Assembly (NCBI RefSeq): GCF_002105155.1
Contig: NW_019028995.1
Span: forward strand, 310,001-374,000
Length of the DNA stretch: 64,000 nt
From: Lobosporangium transversale
Taxonomy: Eukaryota
Direction of reading: 5' to 3'
The notes beneath the pieces were generated by a model. It was not told the origin of the DNA. It saw only the letters and a program-made list of their open reading frames with translations, and searched no databases. This document shows positions 40,739-55,723 of the stretch, piece by piece (the first letter of the stretch is position 1; the number at the start of each line of letters is the position of its first letter). Both the position numbers and the translations under genes were made by a program.

Positions 40739-41395
40739 ATTTGAGTAGCTAGATGTAACTGACTTCGGTACTTGGTTGAATAATCCCTAGAGCCACAAGG
40801 TATTGTCACAGCTGCAGATGAAGTTGAAGGAAGGCGAGGTACTACGAGAAAAAGCTTTCAATTTTCAAACGAGAATAATCTATGCAGAGTGTTGACTGAT
40901 TATTCAAGAGGGAGTGTGGTGATGGTATGAATTGTCGATCTGGATGGATGGTGCGATGTAGTCTGCTCGATATTTGGTTGTGGTTTGGTTTAGGTAGGCA
41001 AGATCAGGAATGTAATTAGGAGATACTGAACAGGTGGTAATGACGCTGTTGTTAAGGGAGAGAAGCTGCAGCTAATAATTGTTGCTCTTAAGACCGAGAA
41101 TAAGGGTGATCTCGACCCTGTTGATACCAATGTTGATGTTTGAAATTGATACTGAAATGTGGCAATGATAATGATAATGAAAAAGAAAATGACTGCACAG
41201 TGTGTAAAAAAGGAGATTGGGTGTCAGTGTAAGGAAATTTGCAGGCGAAGTAGGAGTGGATTCAACACAGATATGGATAAAGATATAGACAAGGGTGCAG
41301 ACAAATGAAAGGCGGAGTGTCGCAGATCAACTGTGGACACAAGGTTCACTCAGCAAGTGACACAAGCAATAAAAGATATCCCAGATGGAGATCTT

Positions 41396-41443
41396 TAATT
41401 GTCTAATTGTTTAATTATTTAATTATTCAATTGTCTAATTGTG
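41396..41443. repeat. Imperfect 8-bp tandem repeat (TAATT-G/A-T-N x6) upstream of the PTP gene
   Basis: TAATTGTC TAATTGTT TAATTATT TAATTATT CAATTGTC TAATTGTG. Confidence 0.75.
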
Positions 41444-44400
41444 CCTTTTAAAGAAAAAATAAAATAAAATTATAAAATTAAAAAAGATGAAGCTGGTGAT
41501 GACTTATTTGGTAAAATGTATAACAGCAACTGTTCACTTGAGAATGAAAAAGAGAATTCTCTTTCAAAAGGAAGGATAAGAAATATTTATATGTTGAGAG
41601 GAAAGAAAAAAGAGTAGGCACATGAGTCAAAAAACTAAGAATGAATTTGCGACGTTCTTGATGTACGTCATTGCACATGTTGCATTTGTATTTTTGGCAC
41701 TGCTAAGTCTGAAATGATTGAGGCCGTTCATTTTGAGGATAAAAAGAAGTTCCATACATCACAGAAAATACATGCGGAAATAAATAATATCCGGATTGGT
41801 TGGTTTACTACAGATTGAGCTTGCTAGTGAAGACAACAGCTGTGTTTATTAATCTTTTTAGCCTTCGACCATGTGCTGTACGCGATTTCGCATTAGGATC
41901 GTGAGACTAGTGTGATTTGATTAGACTAAAGATGGATCTTGATACTCTTTTACTTTTTTTGTTGGAAGAAAACAGGGATCCAGAAAAGGGAACATTATAT
42001 TCCTAAAGAAAACTTTTGTTAAATGGGTCAATGCGTCATGGATGCATAACCTCAGGACACTTAAAAAGTTAGACTAGTCAACACACATATTTCATAGTCG
42101 TCATAAACATTATATGTGTATATGTACTTGTTTATTAGACATAAAGTTCCAGATCCATTGATGATTATTTTTTTTCAGACATTTTAGCGCTAAGTACACA
42201 GGAAATGATGCACAAATCAGCAAAACTCGTCAAAGTTGGAATTATTCAATAGGGCAAAATCGCAACAAGGGGCCGACAATTGACATCATGCCCGAAGTCG
42301 CTGCCATAAAACCTGATTGCTAGAATTTAGATAGTTACTTGACTAGTCTCCCTTCATATGTGATACGGACATAATAATATATATATATATATATATATAC
42401 ATGTCTTTTTTTTTTTACTTTTTTTAGGTTTCACCACATTACTTTTCATAATCTAGGGCTCTGCATCTGTCATCATGCCCTCCTCTCTCTTCTCTCCTCG
42501 CTCCTCTCTCCTATTACGCGTTCCTTTTTCTTCTGAACAGGAAGGCGTCATCTCTAGCGCAATTTTCTTTTCCTTAGATTGAATTAACTCCGGTGCACGA
42601 TCAAGGCATGATGACGCCGATTGCGCTTGATCAAAAGAATATCACTACCCTGGCCTGACATTAACATCAAATGCTTTCTCTAATTAGTCTACATATTCAT
42701 ATCTCACGAGAATCATAATCAGTAGACTACTCATATTCCCATTCGCTAGTTTCCACTTCATCATCCTCCTTTGATCTGCATGTGCTGTAGCATATCTATC
42801 ATATTAAGCTAGTAGTGCTTCAGCCAGAGAGCGATATCCTTACAATACACTATTTTCGATTCAACATTGCATGAAAAATTCATTTTTCTGACATATTGCG
42901 TTAATACAATCTTGCCAAAGCGGATTAAATCATAAAATATTTCAACCAAGCTGTGAACGCCCCTGACCATACAATAATGTAGTTATTTATTTCTCGGAAT
43001 TTTTCAGTGCATCAAAGGCTATGCGAAAGCTGCAAGTGCTAAATATATCGTATTCCTGAATTTTATTACCGAAAAAAAAAAAAAAAAAAAAAAAGTAAAA
43101 AAAAGTGGTAATGCAGATTATAAAGTATATCTTCTTTTCTTTCACTCACGGAAATGGTGTCCTTGTTTATAGCGTACTACTAAGTCATGCCGTCCACTTG
43201 TGTTAGTGAATACTCCTCTTTTTCATTCCACTAACACTCGACCAAATAGATATTGCTCTTATGGCTAGGTCCCTCCTGCGTAAGCCAAGTGCGTCTGGAT
43301 AGCACCTAGCTGTGGAATCTAATAGGTTGGTATCCGCATTTTGCATACTATATTAGCTTCTGTTTCGAGGTGATTAATACTGGTGCTCCTACCATGGATA
43401 GATCTGTGGAGTGATATTGCCCCAGGAAACTGCGAGAGGGCGCCTGATAAAAATTTCTCATACGAGCTAATCTGCGTTGTTACTTTAAACTACCTTTGTT
43501 CTTGATCGACCTTCAGCACAAGTCTTCTCCATGACCCTCAAACATAGACGATATTTTAATTTTTCTTGCCACTCGTTGAGCATATGTACCGCCTCAGGAT
43601 GTCGTGGACTCGTTAGAGACAACTCCATGGAGTTCTTCTTTATAGGCTTCAGTAAATAACACCCTTGCCAGCGAGGGATCCCGTGAAAGGCGGAATTAAT
43701 AAACGTGAAGATGGTGCTATTAGTAATAAGGCTGTGCCTATTGTGACACTATTTGTTGAGGTACTTGGGCCACGCGAAGGCACTATTGTCATTAAACTGG
43801 AAGGATCGAATGGGTGATGGAGCAAAGTAGGGTAAGGTGGGATAGGAATGGAAATGAGCGTTATTATATTTCAAAGACAAGACAAATCAAGGCGTAGATA
43901 GGGTGAGGTGGAGCGATGCAACGCGATGGAGTGCTGGTAGCCAGCCCTAATAGAGGAGAATGAGTCTACGATATGTGGCGCTGAAGAGTGAAGAAGGAGA
44001 TAGAGTAGAAAGGGGTAGAGAGAGCAAAAAGGAAACCAAGAATTAGAAGAAAAGAGCATAGTAAGCAAAGAGAGTGACAAAGAATAGAGGCGATCATCCA
44101 CAAGAATGCGTTAGTGAGCATTTGTATACGATCAAAAAAAAAAAAAAAAAAAAAAAGGAGCGAGCATGCAACAGGGGCGAGAATTCGTTTTTATCGTTGT
44201 TTGTTATTCGTAAGGACGAAATGTAGATGTCTATATTTCACGCGTCTGATACTAGGCCAATGAGAATAACCAAAAGAGCAAACTTGTGGCAACCGTCGAC
44301 AATAATGTGTAGTGGTGAGTATATGACACAGCTGTAGACTATGCTTTGCCAAGAGCCTACTTTTACCCCTTACTCTTTTTCCTGGCCAAAGTCATATCCC

Positions 44401-45147
44401 ATCCTAATGAAATTGTAATAAAAACTATTCGTACGATACTCATCAATATTTATACACACGATTCACAAGTGTAGCCATGGCTTAATTGGTCCAAGGCATT
44501 CTAACCAATAAACAAAAAACCCTCTGGTACAGCTTTCTCGGTGCCTTGTCTCGGTGAGTATGACTCGCAAAATTGAAAACCATATTGGAACAAGTTCCGA
44601 AGTCTTGTGAAATACGCCATGCTTACAAAAACCTTGAGCAGAACAAACTAATCTTATGCAGACTCTTTCTTTACCTCATAAGTTCGCAGTAAAAAGCAAT
44701 AAACAGCGTGTACCAAACACAACATTCCACAAGGGGCTACAAACACAGCAAGAAAGAGAATCCACGCAGATGAAATTTCTCTCAGGAACGCTGAATACTT
44801 TTCTATGCCAAATACAAACATAAAAAAGTAAGAAGCAAGAAAGAGAAACAGTCTGCGATGTGCGTAATGGATGAATAGCCTTTTTCTTTCTATTTTTATT
44901 GAGACTGATTTATAAAACTATAGTCGGTGCTGTTCCAGTAAGTGCCAAGTTCAAATCGCGATTTAAGACCAGGGCCACACGACTTGAACAACACAAGGAC
45001 ATTACTATCTTTTACTAACATCTCTTTATCCTGTTGCTGCCATGCTTACTTTCATCCAAAGTCACAGCAAGGTAGATCATATTAATTCCTTGATTGTGAT
45101 GGAGCATTAGATCTCTTTATTCATTTCAACTCATTCTCTGATTCAAC

Positions 45148-45992
45148 ATGGTCGGCTACTACTGCTACACTCATTACATCTTTAATATTATTGCCTTTTT
45201 ATATCTGATTGTTACAGGCATAAGAGCCTTTCCTCTCCAAAGTATGCCACTGTCTATGCAGCGTTGTGCTATGTCAAATAATTTAATGGTATTCATGCTG
45301 GATACAATCTTCTTTCTAGTGTTGTAAAGCTCATGAAATTATATTTCCTGTGCTTGAACCATGTCCTTATTTTTGTCTCAGAAGAGGACTTTTGCCCAGT
45401 AGACCACATCTCCGCATGTAGATACATCGTCATGATGCACTCCTCTGCGCCAGATACCATTCTCTCAAAGGATAGTCTTACCTCCAGTCCGGTCCCAGGC
45501 CCTCTTCCTGAAGCACACCCTTATCCTTCTTCTGCTATTTCCAGGGGTAAATGTGACTACAATGCAGACCACAGTGTAATAAAAAAAGGGTCCGCTGTGA
45601 ACTCGCAGCAACATCCAGCATGGTTCAGGGCCATTGTCGATATCAAGGACAATAGAGATCGAGCTGAACGCGATGCATACACCAGACTGAAGATCAAACC
45701 TGCTTCTGTGGGCAACTTGGTGTGGTATTCAACGACGTTAGATCCAAAGACAGCAGTACGTATCCATAAACAAAGGCACGTGCATCATATCAAATACGTA
45801 ATACCAGACTTATCTGTTCAAATGTATGGACGAGTACAAAAGTATCCTCCGAACTGGGGATTAGACAGGATTGATCAGAGAAATGACAGGCTCGATGGCC
45901 TCTATCATTATCCTGCCAGTGCCGGACAGAATGTCACTATCTATATCATTGATACGTAAAGAAATTTTTCAATCCTCATTGTTTATTTTTAT

Positions 45993-46030
<38 letters not shown>

Positions 46031-47181
46031 AACATATTTTACAATATTATTCTTTCTTTACTGATGCAAAAGCGGGGTCAATATTGAGCACAAGGATTTC
46101 GAGGGACGAGCACAGCATGGACCAACCTTCGTACCAGGCACAGACGACCAATCAGACAGGAATGGGCACGGAACCTTTGTCGCCGCAGTTGCCGCAGGAA
46201 CAACATTTGGCGTGGCTAAAAAGGCTCGAGTTGTGTCCTTGAAGGCTTTAGATAATGCTGGCTCTGGGAGGCTTTCAAACGTTCTTTCTGCGATTGAATG
46301 GGTTGTCAAACAGCATCTATCACAAGGAGCAAGTGCTCGATCAGTCATAAAGTATGCCTATTCGATCGAATCCTTTTGTATCCCTATACTCACTATTCAT
46401 TCTATAATAACAACAAAAATGTAGCTCTTCTTCTCTACCCAAATCATCTATTAATCATCCTTGCTTCCTTTCAAAATGTTTGAAAAGCCTGTCATTAGGC
46501 GCCGAATATAATGAACTTACCAATATAGCCATTCAAGAAGCTATGAAGCTTGGTATACATTTCTCAATCGCAGCCGGAAATGATAGTAAGGACGCATGCC
46601 AATTCTCACCAGCATCTACACCTGGGGCTGTAACAGTTGGTGCAACGGACCAAGATGACACAGTTGCTCATTTTTCTAATTGGGGCCCATGTGTTGCTAT
46701 TTATGCACCGGGTACGAATATTCTCTCGGCCTGGACTGGGTCTAATTCTGCCAATCATGTTCAAAGTGGAACATCAATGGCCTCTCCTCATGTCGCTGGT
46801 TTGATGGCTTTACTCCTTTCAGAATCACCTAAGGATAACATCCCCGTTAGGACACTGGCAAAAATGATTTTGAAGTCAGGGACAAGTTTCAGCCTAAACG
46901 GTCAATCGACTGTTGCTGGCACGAGACTCTCTCACAATTCGTCTTTGTCACCATCAATTTTATCAGAGATTACAGAATATGATACTCTGAAATTCCATGG
47001 GAAAGTCCTTGCAAGGAAACTTCTATATGTTGACTCAATGACTCCTAATGGAAGCAATAGCACGGATATTGAGGACCCACCAATGACCATTGTTTCTTTT
47101 GCACCAACAAAGTTAGCAAGTCATCAGTTATTCAAAAATATACTCTTAGGACTAATTTGCTTATTCATCTGTGCTCTCTGA
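45148..47181 (+). CDS. Subtilisin-like serine protease (S8A, proteinase K type) with signal peptide, prodomain and hydrophobic C-terminus, 4 exons
   Basis: Motifs NWGLDRIDQR, IYIIDT|GV (Asp), NGHGTFVA (His), AAGN and SGTSMASPHVAG (Ser). Exon 1 (45148-45241) encodes a signal peptide. Confidence 0.9.
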
Positions 47182-48634
47182 TTATAGGCCCTTCTTACTT
47201 CTTTCTATTTCTTGTAATCATTTATATATTTAATAAATACAGTAGAAACCCCTGTAAGAATATTTTTCATATCTGGCACACTTGTAAAAATATTAGTATG
47301 CATATGAACAACTTCATTACAACAACAAAAAAGAGAGAGAGCAGGAGCAAGTTATTTGATTCCTTTTCCTTAAAAAATCTCCAATTTACGTGATATAGCA
47401 ACTGGTGGAGGCTGTACATGTTTAACATGATGGTACGTGTTCAAAAAAAAAAAAAAAAAAAAAAAAACTTGGTATGCTCACCTTTGAGTTATAGGAAGAG
47501 GAAAGTAGATAAAGATGTTAATGAGACGAGTTTTTGGAAGACAACAAAAATAGGAAACAAGTCATGGCTTTTTATGCACGCTTCCAAACATAAAATATAG
47601 AGATAAAATGAGCTTCCTATTCGCTTCCCTGTGAAAGCAATTACCTATCTGCTTGGCGTTTTCGCTCCACACCATGGAGGAAGGAGTCCTCTTTTTTTCC
47701 CTACTATTTGCTGAGTGGACAGAAGTACAAGCATTTATTCACAATACAAATGATGAATGGACTGTTAGAGACAGATGTTGATACAGCATTACTGTTTGTT
47801 CTACTTGTACCGCGATCCTTATATAAGTTACAGCACTTTGCTGACGCGCCAAAGTAAGAGTTTTATTGGAACTTAACAAAGAGTGTCGTCTAGCTATTCA
47901 ACAAGACACAAGCACGGGAGCAAATTGAGCATAACAATAACATTTATTACAGCATACACTGTCTTGCTATTTTAAGATATGCTTCATCATACCCTGTCCC
48001 TCACTAGGGTTTTGAGTATGCTCATAACGAAGCCCTATTCACTATCTAGGCTTCTACTTCTTTTTCTATATTCAGCAACCTTGAAAAGTAAACCTAGTTT
48101 AGCAAGAGACTCTAGCATTTTACCACATGAAGGAAGAAGGAAGAGAGGAAGGCTTGCCGCGGTCCTCTTCGTATTTGTATAAAAGGCTGCCTATTTCTTT
48201 ATCTTTTTTTTTTTTTTATCACTTTAGACTCCAGTTATTCTTGAGCTTACTACTACCAATGACAAAGACCTGTCCTCTTATGCTAACAGTCTACCATCAT
48301 CACCAAGCACCGTTGAGCCTACAATGCTTTTTTTCCAAAATGATCATATCTGTTAATTTACAATTTACATCAAAGTTTAATTATGATAAAAGATAAAAAA
48401 TAAGATGATTAGTGAAAGCGACGACACGTCAAAGTTAGTGCTCTATGTAAATTTGCTCTATTCATTTGGAGTACATAATGCGCGTAAGCCAAAACAGGCT
48501 ATACTCTTTATCAAACAATGACAGTAGTAACTGTGCGAATATATATATATATATTGCTTATTTGTCTGATTGTTCGTCTGTTTGTCCATGCGCTTCTTTT
48601 ATTCTGCTATAATCACTACAGCATTAAGTGAATG

Positions 48635-51600
48635 CTATGCCTGGTTCCCGATGAGCATGCCATCAAAAGCATGCTCGTCGCCCACCGCCTAAGAAAAATA
48701 AGGCAAAGCAATAGTAAATAACGTACAGATGTTCCTAGTGTAGCAGAAGTACTAATAAATATAAACGAACTTACTGTTCTATATTCATGTAAAATCCTAG
48801 CTTTTTCCTCGTCCCAATGTACAAACATGTTCCTGTATAGGAGCGACCATACATAAGGACAGAAGAAATCGTTTGACTGTTCTTGTTCCTCATACTCAAA
48901 CTTAATGTCTGGATATACCTTCATAAGATTAGGTGGCCACGTCCTAGAAGCCGTATGAATCACCTGAGCCACCTCCTCAGGCGTTGGTGCTTTGATATTT
49001 GCCTCGGATACCTTTTGTTGAAAGTAATTAACAGCTTGTTCAATGTTGTAAATGAGGTCTTTAAACTTCAAATCATTTCGGAAATACGTAAACATCTCCT
49101 GCTTGTGAAGCAATGAATAAACAAGCTGAGGATTTGCCTTGAGCTTGTGCGTCAGAGTAGAATTTATGATTTCGAGGACGAGTGTGACCATGTCCCCATA
49201 GATAATTACATCGGCGTTCTGTACGTGAGCAAGTAAGCAATGAAAATTAGGAACAACACTCCAAACGAGACCATTCAACCTTCAATAGCTTGTATAATAG
49301 TGTCGACATACCTTGTCGATGTTCTCATCTAATAGCGTTTGCTTGGTTGCCAGCTTTTGGTATCTTCGTGCGATCATGTCAAATAAAGTTACAAGTCTCT
49401 GAGAGACGTATGGATGCATGTCCTGTAATGAGTTGGACATATTGGCTAAGATTGCTAATGAATTAGTATGAAAGTAAACATCCTAGAGTAAAAAAAAGGA
49501 GAGATAACGAGGATAATGTAAGCAATAAAGCCCTCTTTCCTTTCATACATTCAAAAGAGGAGCATGGATTGGAACCACATAGGATGATTGGTACCTTGTG
49601 CTGCGCTAGGTTGTACTGGATAGTTCGAATGACGATAGCAACAGCTAGGCCACCAAGCGAGATAGACTTTAGCAACCTTTCAGTAAACCAAGGCTGGTAC
49701 GTCATTGTCTAGAAAACAGGATGGTATAAGAGCTATAGCAAGCAAAATATGGCCTATATCATTTTATCGTTTCATACAGCCTCATACACTCGGCTTACGA
49801 TTTTTTGGATATTGTCGTTAAAGACTTCATCTTGGCTGAACAAAAGCATGATAACTAACAGAACATAGACTTGAGAATAGTTTGTTCTGCCTTCGACACC
49901 CTCATAAACCATACGTAAGATGGGAAGATACTGTACTCATCCGGAAGAAAGACAACTGGTGTTAAAATCCGGATTATGCATTCGGTGATAACACAACGGT
50001 CTGGTCGTCCCCAACCCACTTACGAGCGTTTCTGGATCTGTTCGTGACAAGACGTATGTCCTAAAATACGTGCTCTCAACAAGCAACACATGCAATAATA
50101 AACAGACTTCTTCACAATGAATTTGTCTACAGATTAGATAAAGTATGGCAACACTCATGTTAATAGTGTTAATAGTTTAAAAAATAGCAAATGAAGTCTA
50201 AAAGGGAGTATCCAAGCAGGAAAGGGGGCGCATGTTTAATTGGAACAAAACCATACTGGCATATGATATGAAAAATCTTGCGGAATGAAATAAATATACT
50301 GGAGTCCTTCGAATCATCCGTCATTGACCCTAAAAAAAAAAAAAAAAAAAAAAAATCAACCAACGAACAAAATATTATTTATATTAAAAAAGAACGACTT
50401 TCTTATCTCAGAACCTCGCAATCACCTCGTTCATCCCGAATATTCTGAATCGATCTTTTAAATGCTTCCCAACCAGGATGGCCTTTTGCTTGAGAGTGCA
50501 AAAGCAGCAGAAGTAGGACACTCCTGTCTGCGATCGGATGTGCCTCTGATGATGGCGATGTTCCTGTCTTCGAAAATAAATAATTGTATGCATTATATAC
50601 AAGACTTCCTGTCAAAGGCGGGCTTGGTCTCTGGTCAGTGAAATTCCACAATAACCTTAAAGTTAATTGGTCCGCTAGGTGGCTGAATGCATCGGGGAAA
50701 AAAGGATGAAGTCTGTCAGTCTTCCTCTTCACTAACGCGGTAGTAAGCCTCTGAATAACTCCCACAGACATGTGCTGACCTAAAGTTCTGGAGTACGAGG
50801 TTCAAAAAATAGTTTTTCTCATTTGGCTCTGCACTAGTCAATTGAAGTTGGGTTGATGACATCACAATCATCAAATTGAGCGTCTCCTCGTAGAATTCAT
50901 ATGCAGATGAGGTAGACCTAATTTGTGGGAAATGTTGCATATTTAGCCCATGCACGGTTTATTTACAAAGCCTTTTTTCTTTCGTCTATTGATATTTCAT
51001 GTTAACTTACCCCGCATCTAAATTCAGAATAATTCCTAGAACTTCTTGAATTAATTGCTCCGCATACGATCTAGGATCGGAAACCAAAGTCTGGTCCACT
51101 CCGATTTTACATCCTTTGAAAGAAACTATGCCCAATGCCTCCTGCTGGGCTTCAACTGAAAGATTTGATCCTAATGACAACATGCTATGTTGTTTAGTTA
51201 TCTGAATAGGGATTCAAATATCCAAAGTTGATAAGTAACTACATCCTGCTAACCTTCAAAGAAAGCGACCATTTCCGTTGATGACAAATGCGAAATGAAG
51301 TGATTTAAAAAGATCCGCGTCAAAAACAAGGCGTTGTAGGCATGATTGGGTATATCACTGCAATAAAGTATGAAGCACATGAGAGTGGTAAATAAAACTA
51401 GGCATGACTCTATATGCAATGCAAATGGATAAGAGTGGAAATTCACACTTGAAATATGTGCAATTGGCCTCTGGCCCTTAGTCAATACCCTTTGTAGTCC
51501 TGATCTTTGATAAGCTTTAGTTGCGAAATTAGTTGCAATACAAGTGTATTGAAGTTTTGGGTCTGTGGATTGTTGGAACCAAACTCAATTGCTGCATACG

Positions 51601-52631
51601 TAGTTGCCATCTCGATATCGTATGCGTCCTGACTATAGTTAGTTTCAAATACGACAATGGCTGTTACCAAATTTTAAGCTCATTGTAGTCAATTGACATC
51701 ATGACTGATCGTGGTCATATTTTTTTTTTTTTTTTTTTTTTTTTGCTTACCTAGAATTGATTGTGGGAAATTTCTGCGCACCAAGTATGGAATACCAGCC
51801 AATGGTGTCAATCCTGCTCAAAATCCTTGGTGAGCAAAGTGTTTTGATGGCGACCTGTTGTGCTGGTCCTAGAATAAGGATATTCTCAAACTCCTTGATA
51901 GTGATCGGATGTTTGTGCTCTAATGCCGGGGGCTTTGTCTGTGCAGTGCTAGCGATGCTGGATATAGATGCCGAGCCTGGGATAATCCCAGATAAGGACG
52001 AGATCGAATATGCAGGTGAATGTGGCCCTGAGCCAAATGCTCCGTGGCTGCTTTGAGGGTGTGGGTGATGCTGAAAATCTTGATCGAATGACGAATGAAA
52101 ATCGGCCGCAGCTGCGTTTATACTGCTATTCGAATTCCTAATAGCTGAGGAAGCTGGGGTCTCGAGTGTTGGTGCAAGTGTTGGTATCTGTCCACCAAGT
52201 TTGGCTTGTCGCCTGCTTGCAATAGTAGCAGATCCCTCAATGAATGGGCTTGGATGAATGCTGCCTTGTCCGCTGGAATAACGACGACTAGAGTCAAGGA
52301 CAGGTCGTCCGGTATAAGTATTATTGTCACTGGCTGGCAAATCCGATACGAATGGACTGTTGTAGCCTGCGCGATATTCAACACTGTTACGATGGTGAAC
52401 AAGAGCAATATCGTATCCTGATGTATGAGTCCCAACGGTAGAAGTTGCAGTCGTGTTTGGCTTTTGAGTTGAAGATAAAAGGATACCACTGCTGCTTTCG
52501 AGGCGATGAAGTGGGAGTGCGGCGTGTTCTTGGCTGTGCTGATGTATCTGAGCGATGGGTGCAAGTGCAGCAGCAGACTCAAAAGCCGATGAGGGTGAAG
52601 ATGACCGAGCAAGGCCAGAAGTCGTAGTCAT
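48635..52631 (-). CDS. DYM: Dymeclin (DYM/HID1 family), multi-exon
   Basis: Motifs [31 protein letters not shown]...[10 protein letters not shown] and [14 protein letters not shown] are typical of dymeclin. The last exon ends ...GNQA* at 48635. Confidence 0.85.
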
Positions 52632-52956
52632 TCCGACGCATTAACCGTACCAGCAGAATATGCGCGATCGTCGATGTTTATATTGTTTGAAGGAAAGGAG
52701 AATGGGTGAAGAAAAAAAAAAAAAAAAAAAAAAATGAAACGAAATGCATGACTCCTCTCATTGACACATTCTCTGGTTCTCCCACACACCTCCACGTCTC
52801 TTTCGTGTCTGTCTGTTACGTGTCTATTCATAGAATTTAATTTGATTAAAAATGCATGTACAACAAACACTTATTGTGTGGAACAGACGTACTATTTACT
52901 CACTCTTGTGCTGCCTCCACTTATTTGTCCCATATCCTTCCAATTATACTCTTCAT

Positions 52957-55434
52957 TTATTTTGAAGTGACAGAGGCGTCCATGTCTTCCAACAAGAGAT
53001 CAGTGCTCATTCTATGCGTATCTGACGAATCTATCTCTATTGCCTCATCTGCTAGGAGATTACTGCTCGATTCTCCTACCATTTCTATTGCTGCTTCATC
53101 ATCCAAGAGGACCTCTCCACCAATAGGCCGGTCTAGCTTGGACTTACCGCGATGATGCATGCCTTTAGACTGCCGCTTCCTACGACGGCTATGGACTGCC
53201 GCCAGATCAGCTCCACCTCCATTCAAACTATTTACAGAAGTGGCAATGTTTAGGCTCGCGATTTCCTTGGCGGTTTTTCTGGCTTTTGCTTTGAGTTCGC
53301 GCAATTTCATAAAGTGATAGAATCCAATTCCTGAAAGTGTAATGAAAAGTCCAAGAATGTTGACAACCGTGAGTTTATCATCAAACACCAAAGAAGATAT
53401 GATGATTGTTATGACCTCCTATTAGCCCACATGAAAATATATACAAAGCTTTAATGATTAATATCAAAGAAAGCCCATATAGCAGCCATTTTAAAAAGGT
53501 TTAAATCAATGGCATCTATTTACCTTGATAATCCCTAGCACAGATAATGACACTACGCTTGTCCGGGCAATTAAGTTGAACTCTGCCAATACCATGCTGA
53601 ACGCAAATATGCCTCCTAAGAGCAATAAGCCTAATGTCCTTAAGCCTGAATCAACAGTTTGGAAAAACTCGGAACTGAATATGTTGGTATAGCCCTCAAA
53701 TACCCCAGCCACGATGAAAAGGCATATTCCCATGATTGGTGATAGGAAAAAGATGGTTGAAATTGGATTGGCTAAACTTCCAGATTTCGTGTTTGTTCGC
53801 TCCAACAATAGCTGTGTTAAAGACCACCTTAATCCACCCAAGACTGAAGCCAGCATGACTTGGATGAATCTAAAGCAAGAAAAAGAAGCCATGATCAATA
53901 TAGCATATGTATTTAAGCATAAAAGCCATGACTTGAGATATAAACTTACCCGGCAAGCACGAAATTCACCTCGGACATAACCATCATGAAAAGCCCAATG
54001 GATATAACGCCAATGACTCCTGCTAGGGCCCAAGTTGGCCTCTCAAGCTTAAATAAAAATGCAAACAACAGTACGAAAGCAAGCGATGAAGATTTGCACA
54101 TGGCTAACACAAGAAAAAAGTTAGGTTTCCCTATTATCGTCGTTATCTTGAAGAACTTCTGTCATCAGTTGCATACATACTATAAAAGGCAAGAGTAATC
54201 GACTTTAAGCTATTGTTGCTGAGCCCAATGTCTAGCCCAGATGCCAAAGCACATGGCATGATCTTTGTTCTAGAGTTGAATGAGGAAAAAAGCAAGAGAG
54301 GACCAATTATCATGCCAGTTTCAGTTGTCAGTTTTTAAACTGCTTCCCTTTTTTAAAAAATAAAAATAAAAACACTTATAAATACACGCAGGAATGCGTT
54401 ACCCAAAGTCTTTCGCTGATGGTGCTGCTTGCGGCCGTAGAGACGGTATCATTGATAATGTGATAGAAGATAACAAAAATTGCGTCACCATGTGCAGGCA
54501 CGTTGTAAAGAGTGGAAATCGGAAACTGTAGTGGTTGGGTGAGAACAACCATTTGTTGTAGAATGATAGAGAAGTCGAGCAGCCATACCTAGTCAAAACC
54601 AGTAAGCGCAAAGCATGTTAGCATGACAGAATGTAATGAAGCGACATATGTTATTTTTCCCAAAAATATCATCGCCTAAAAAAAGGAAACATACCATGCA
54701 ACAATATAGAAAGCGCTCCAGAACAGCTTGATCCTAAGCTGCTTCTTTGCTATCAATTTCTCCTGCTCTGTTAGCATCATCACTGGTACCGCGGTATGCA
54801 TTAACCCGCGACTTCGATTCCGGTGGCTTTTCTTCCTTAGTCTTTTCCCTGCTTGTTGTCTTTCAGACTCACTTCTACTGGTCCTTGACTGCCGTGGATC
54901 GTTACTAACTCTTGTCAAAGGCAGTACATCATAATCGTCGTCGTCTCCGCCACTCATATTCTTACCCGAACGATAATGTTGTCGATAATCACACTCAAGA
55001 TCGAGACCAATCGTGGTTCCTGTACCGGTCTCGCCCACACGCATCCCCATACCCATCCCTCCTAGGCAAGCGTTTTTTGAAGTAGCCAAAAGATGTCGAG
55101 TGTCTTGATCCTCATATGTGCTCTCTCGATCATCATCCCCTGCGTCAGTACTATAGCCATCATACCCACCACTGTCCTGTTCAGAATCGTGTTCGGACGA
55201 ATAGTATGCCGAAGTGTCCCATTCGATCCCATCGTCGCTGCTATGACTTTCTGAATTAGATAAGCTGTTTCTGCGGAGTCGCTCATGCTCTTGTATAAAC
55301 CCCGTAGTTGTACGGGCTGATAACTTTGGTCTATTAGGAGCATCCTGTCCTGGAGAACTACCTTCTATACGAGTTGCTGTGGTTTCAGTGTTGTAGCCTG
55401 TCTGAGCTATTAGATTTATACTCGAATCTGTCAT
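52957..55434 (-). CDS. Nucleotide-sugar/triose-phosphate transporter family protein (SLC35C2/Ymd8-like), multi-exon
   Basis: Motifs WYGCSTSLSFYNKWLF, FPLFTTCLHM, GGLRWSLTQLLL and AEFNLIARTSVVSLSVLGIIKE, with multiple TM helices. Confidence 0.88.
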
Positions 55435-55723
55435 GATGTCAAAAGGGTGTTCGCCCTCATAAGCTAATTATTCCTCAATAACTGAGGGTTGTGGACATTA
55501 AAGTAAACTGATCTACACAAATGATGTCACGAAGATGCGATGCGATGTATCTGGTGTGATGGATGAAAACAAGAGAAAAGGCAAGTAAGCAGAGGAAGGA
55601 TACACAACAAGTGACAAGCAATCACATAAACAAAATGATCTATTAAACGCGCTTTTATGATGTGTATCAACTGTTGGTACATTTTTATTACTCTTTTCAT
55701 GCACTGACTATCCCTTTCCTTCT

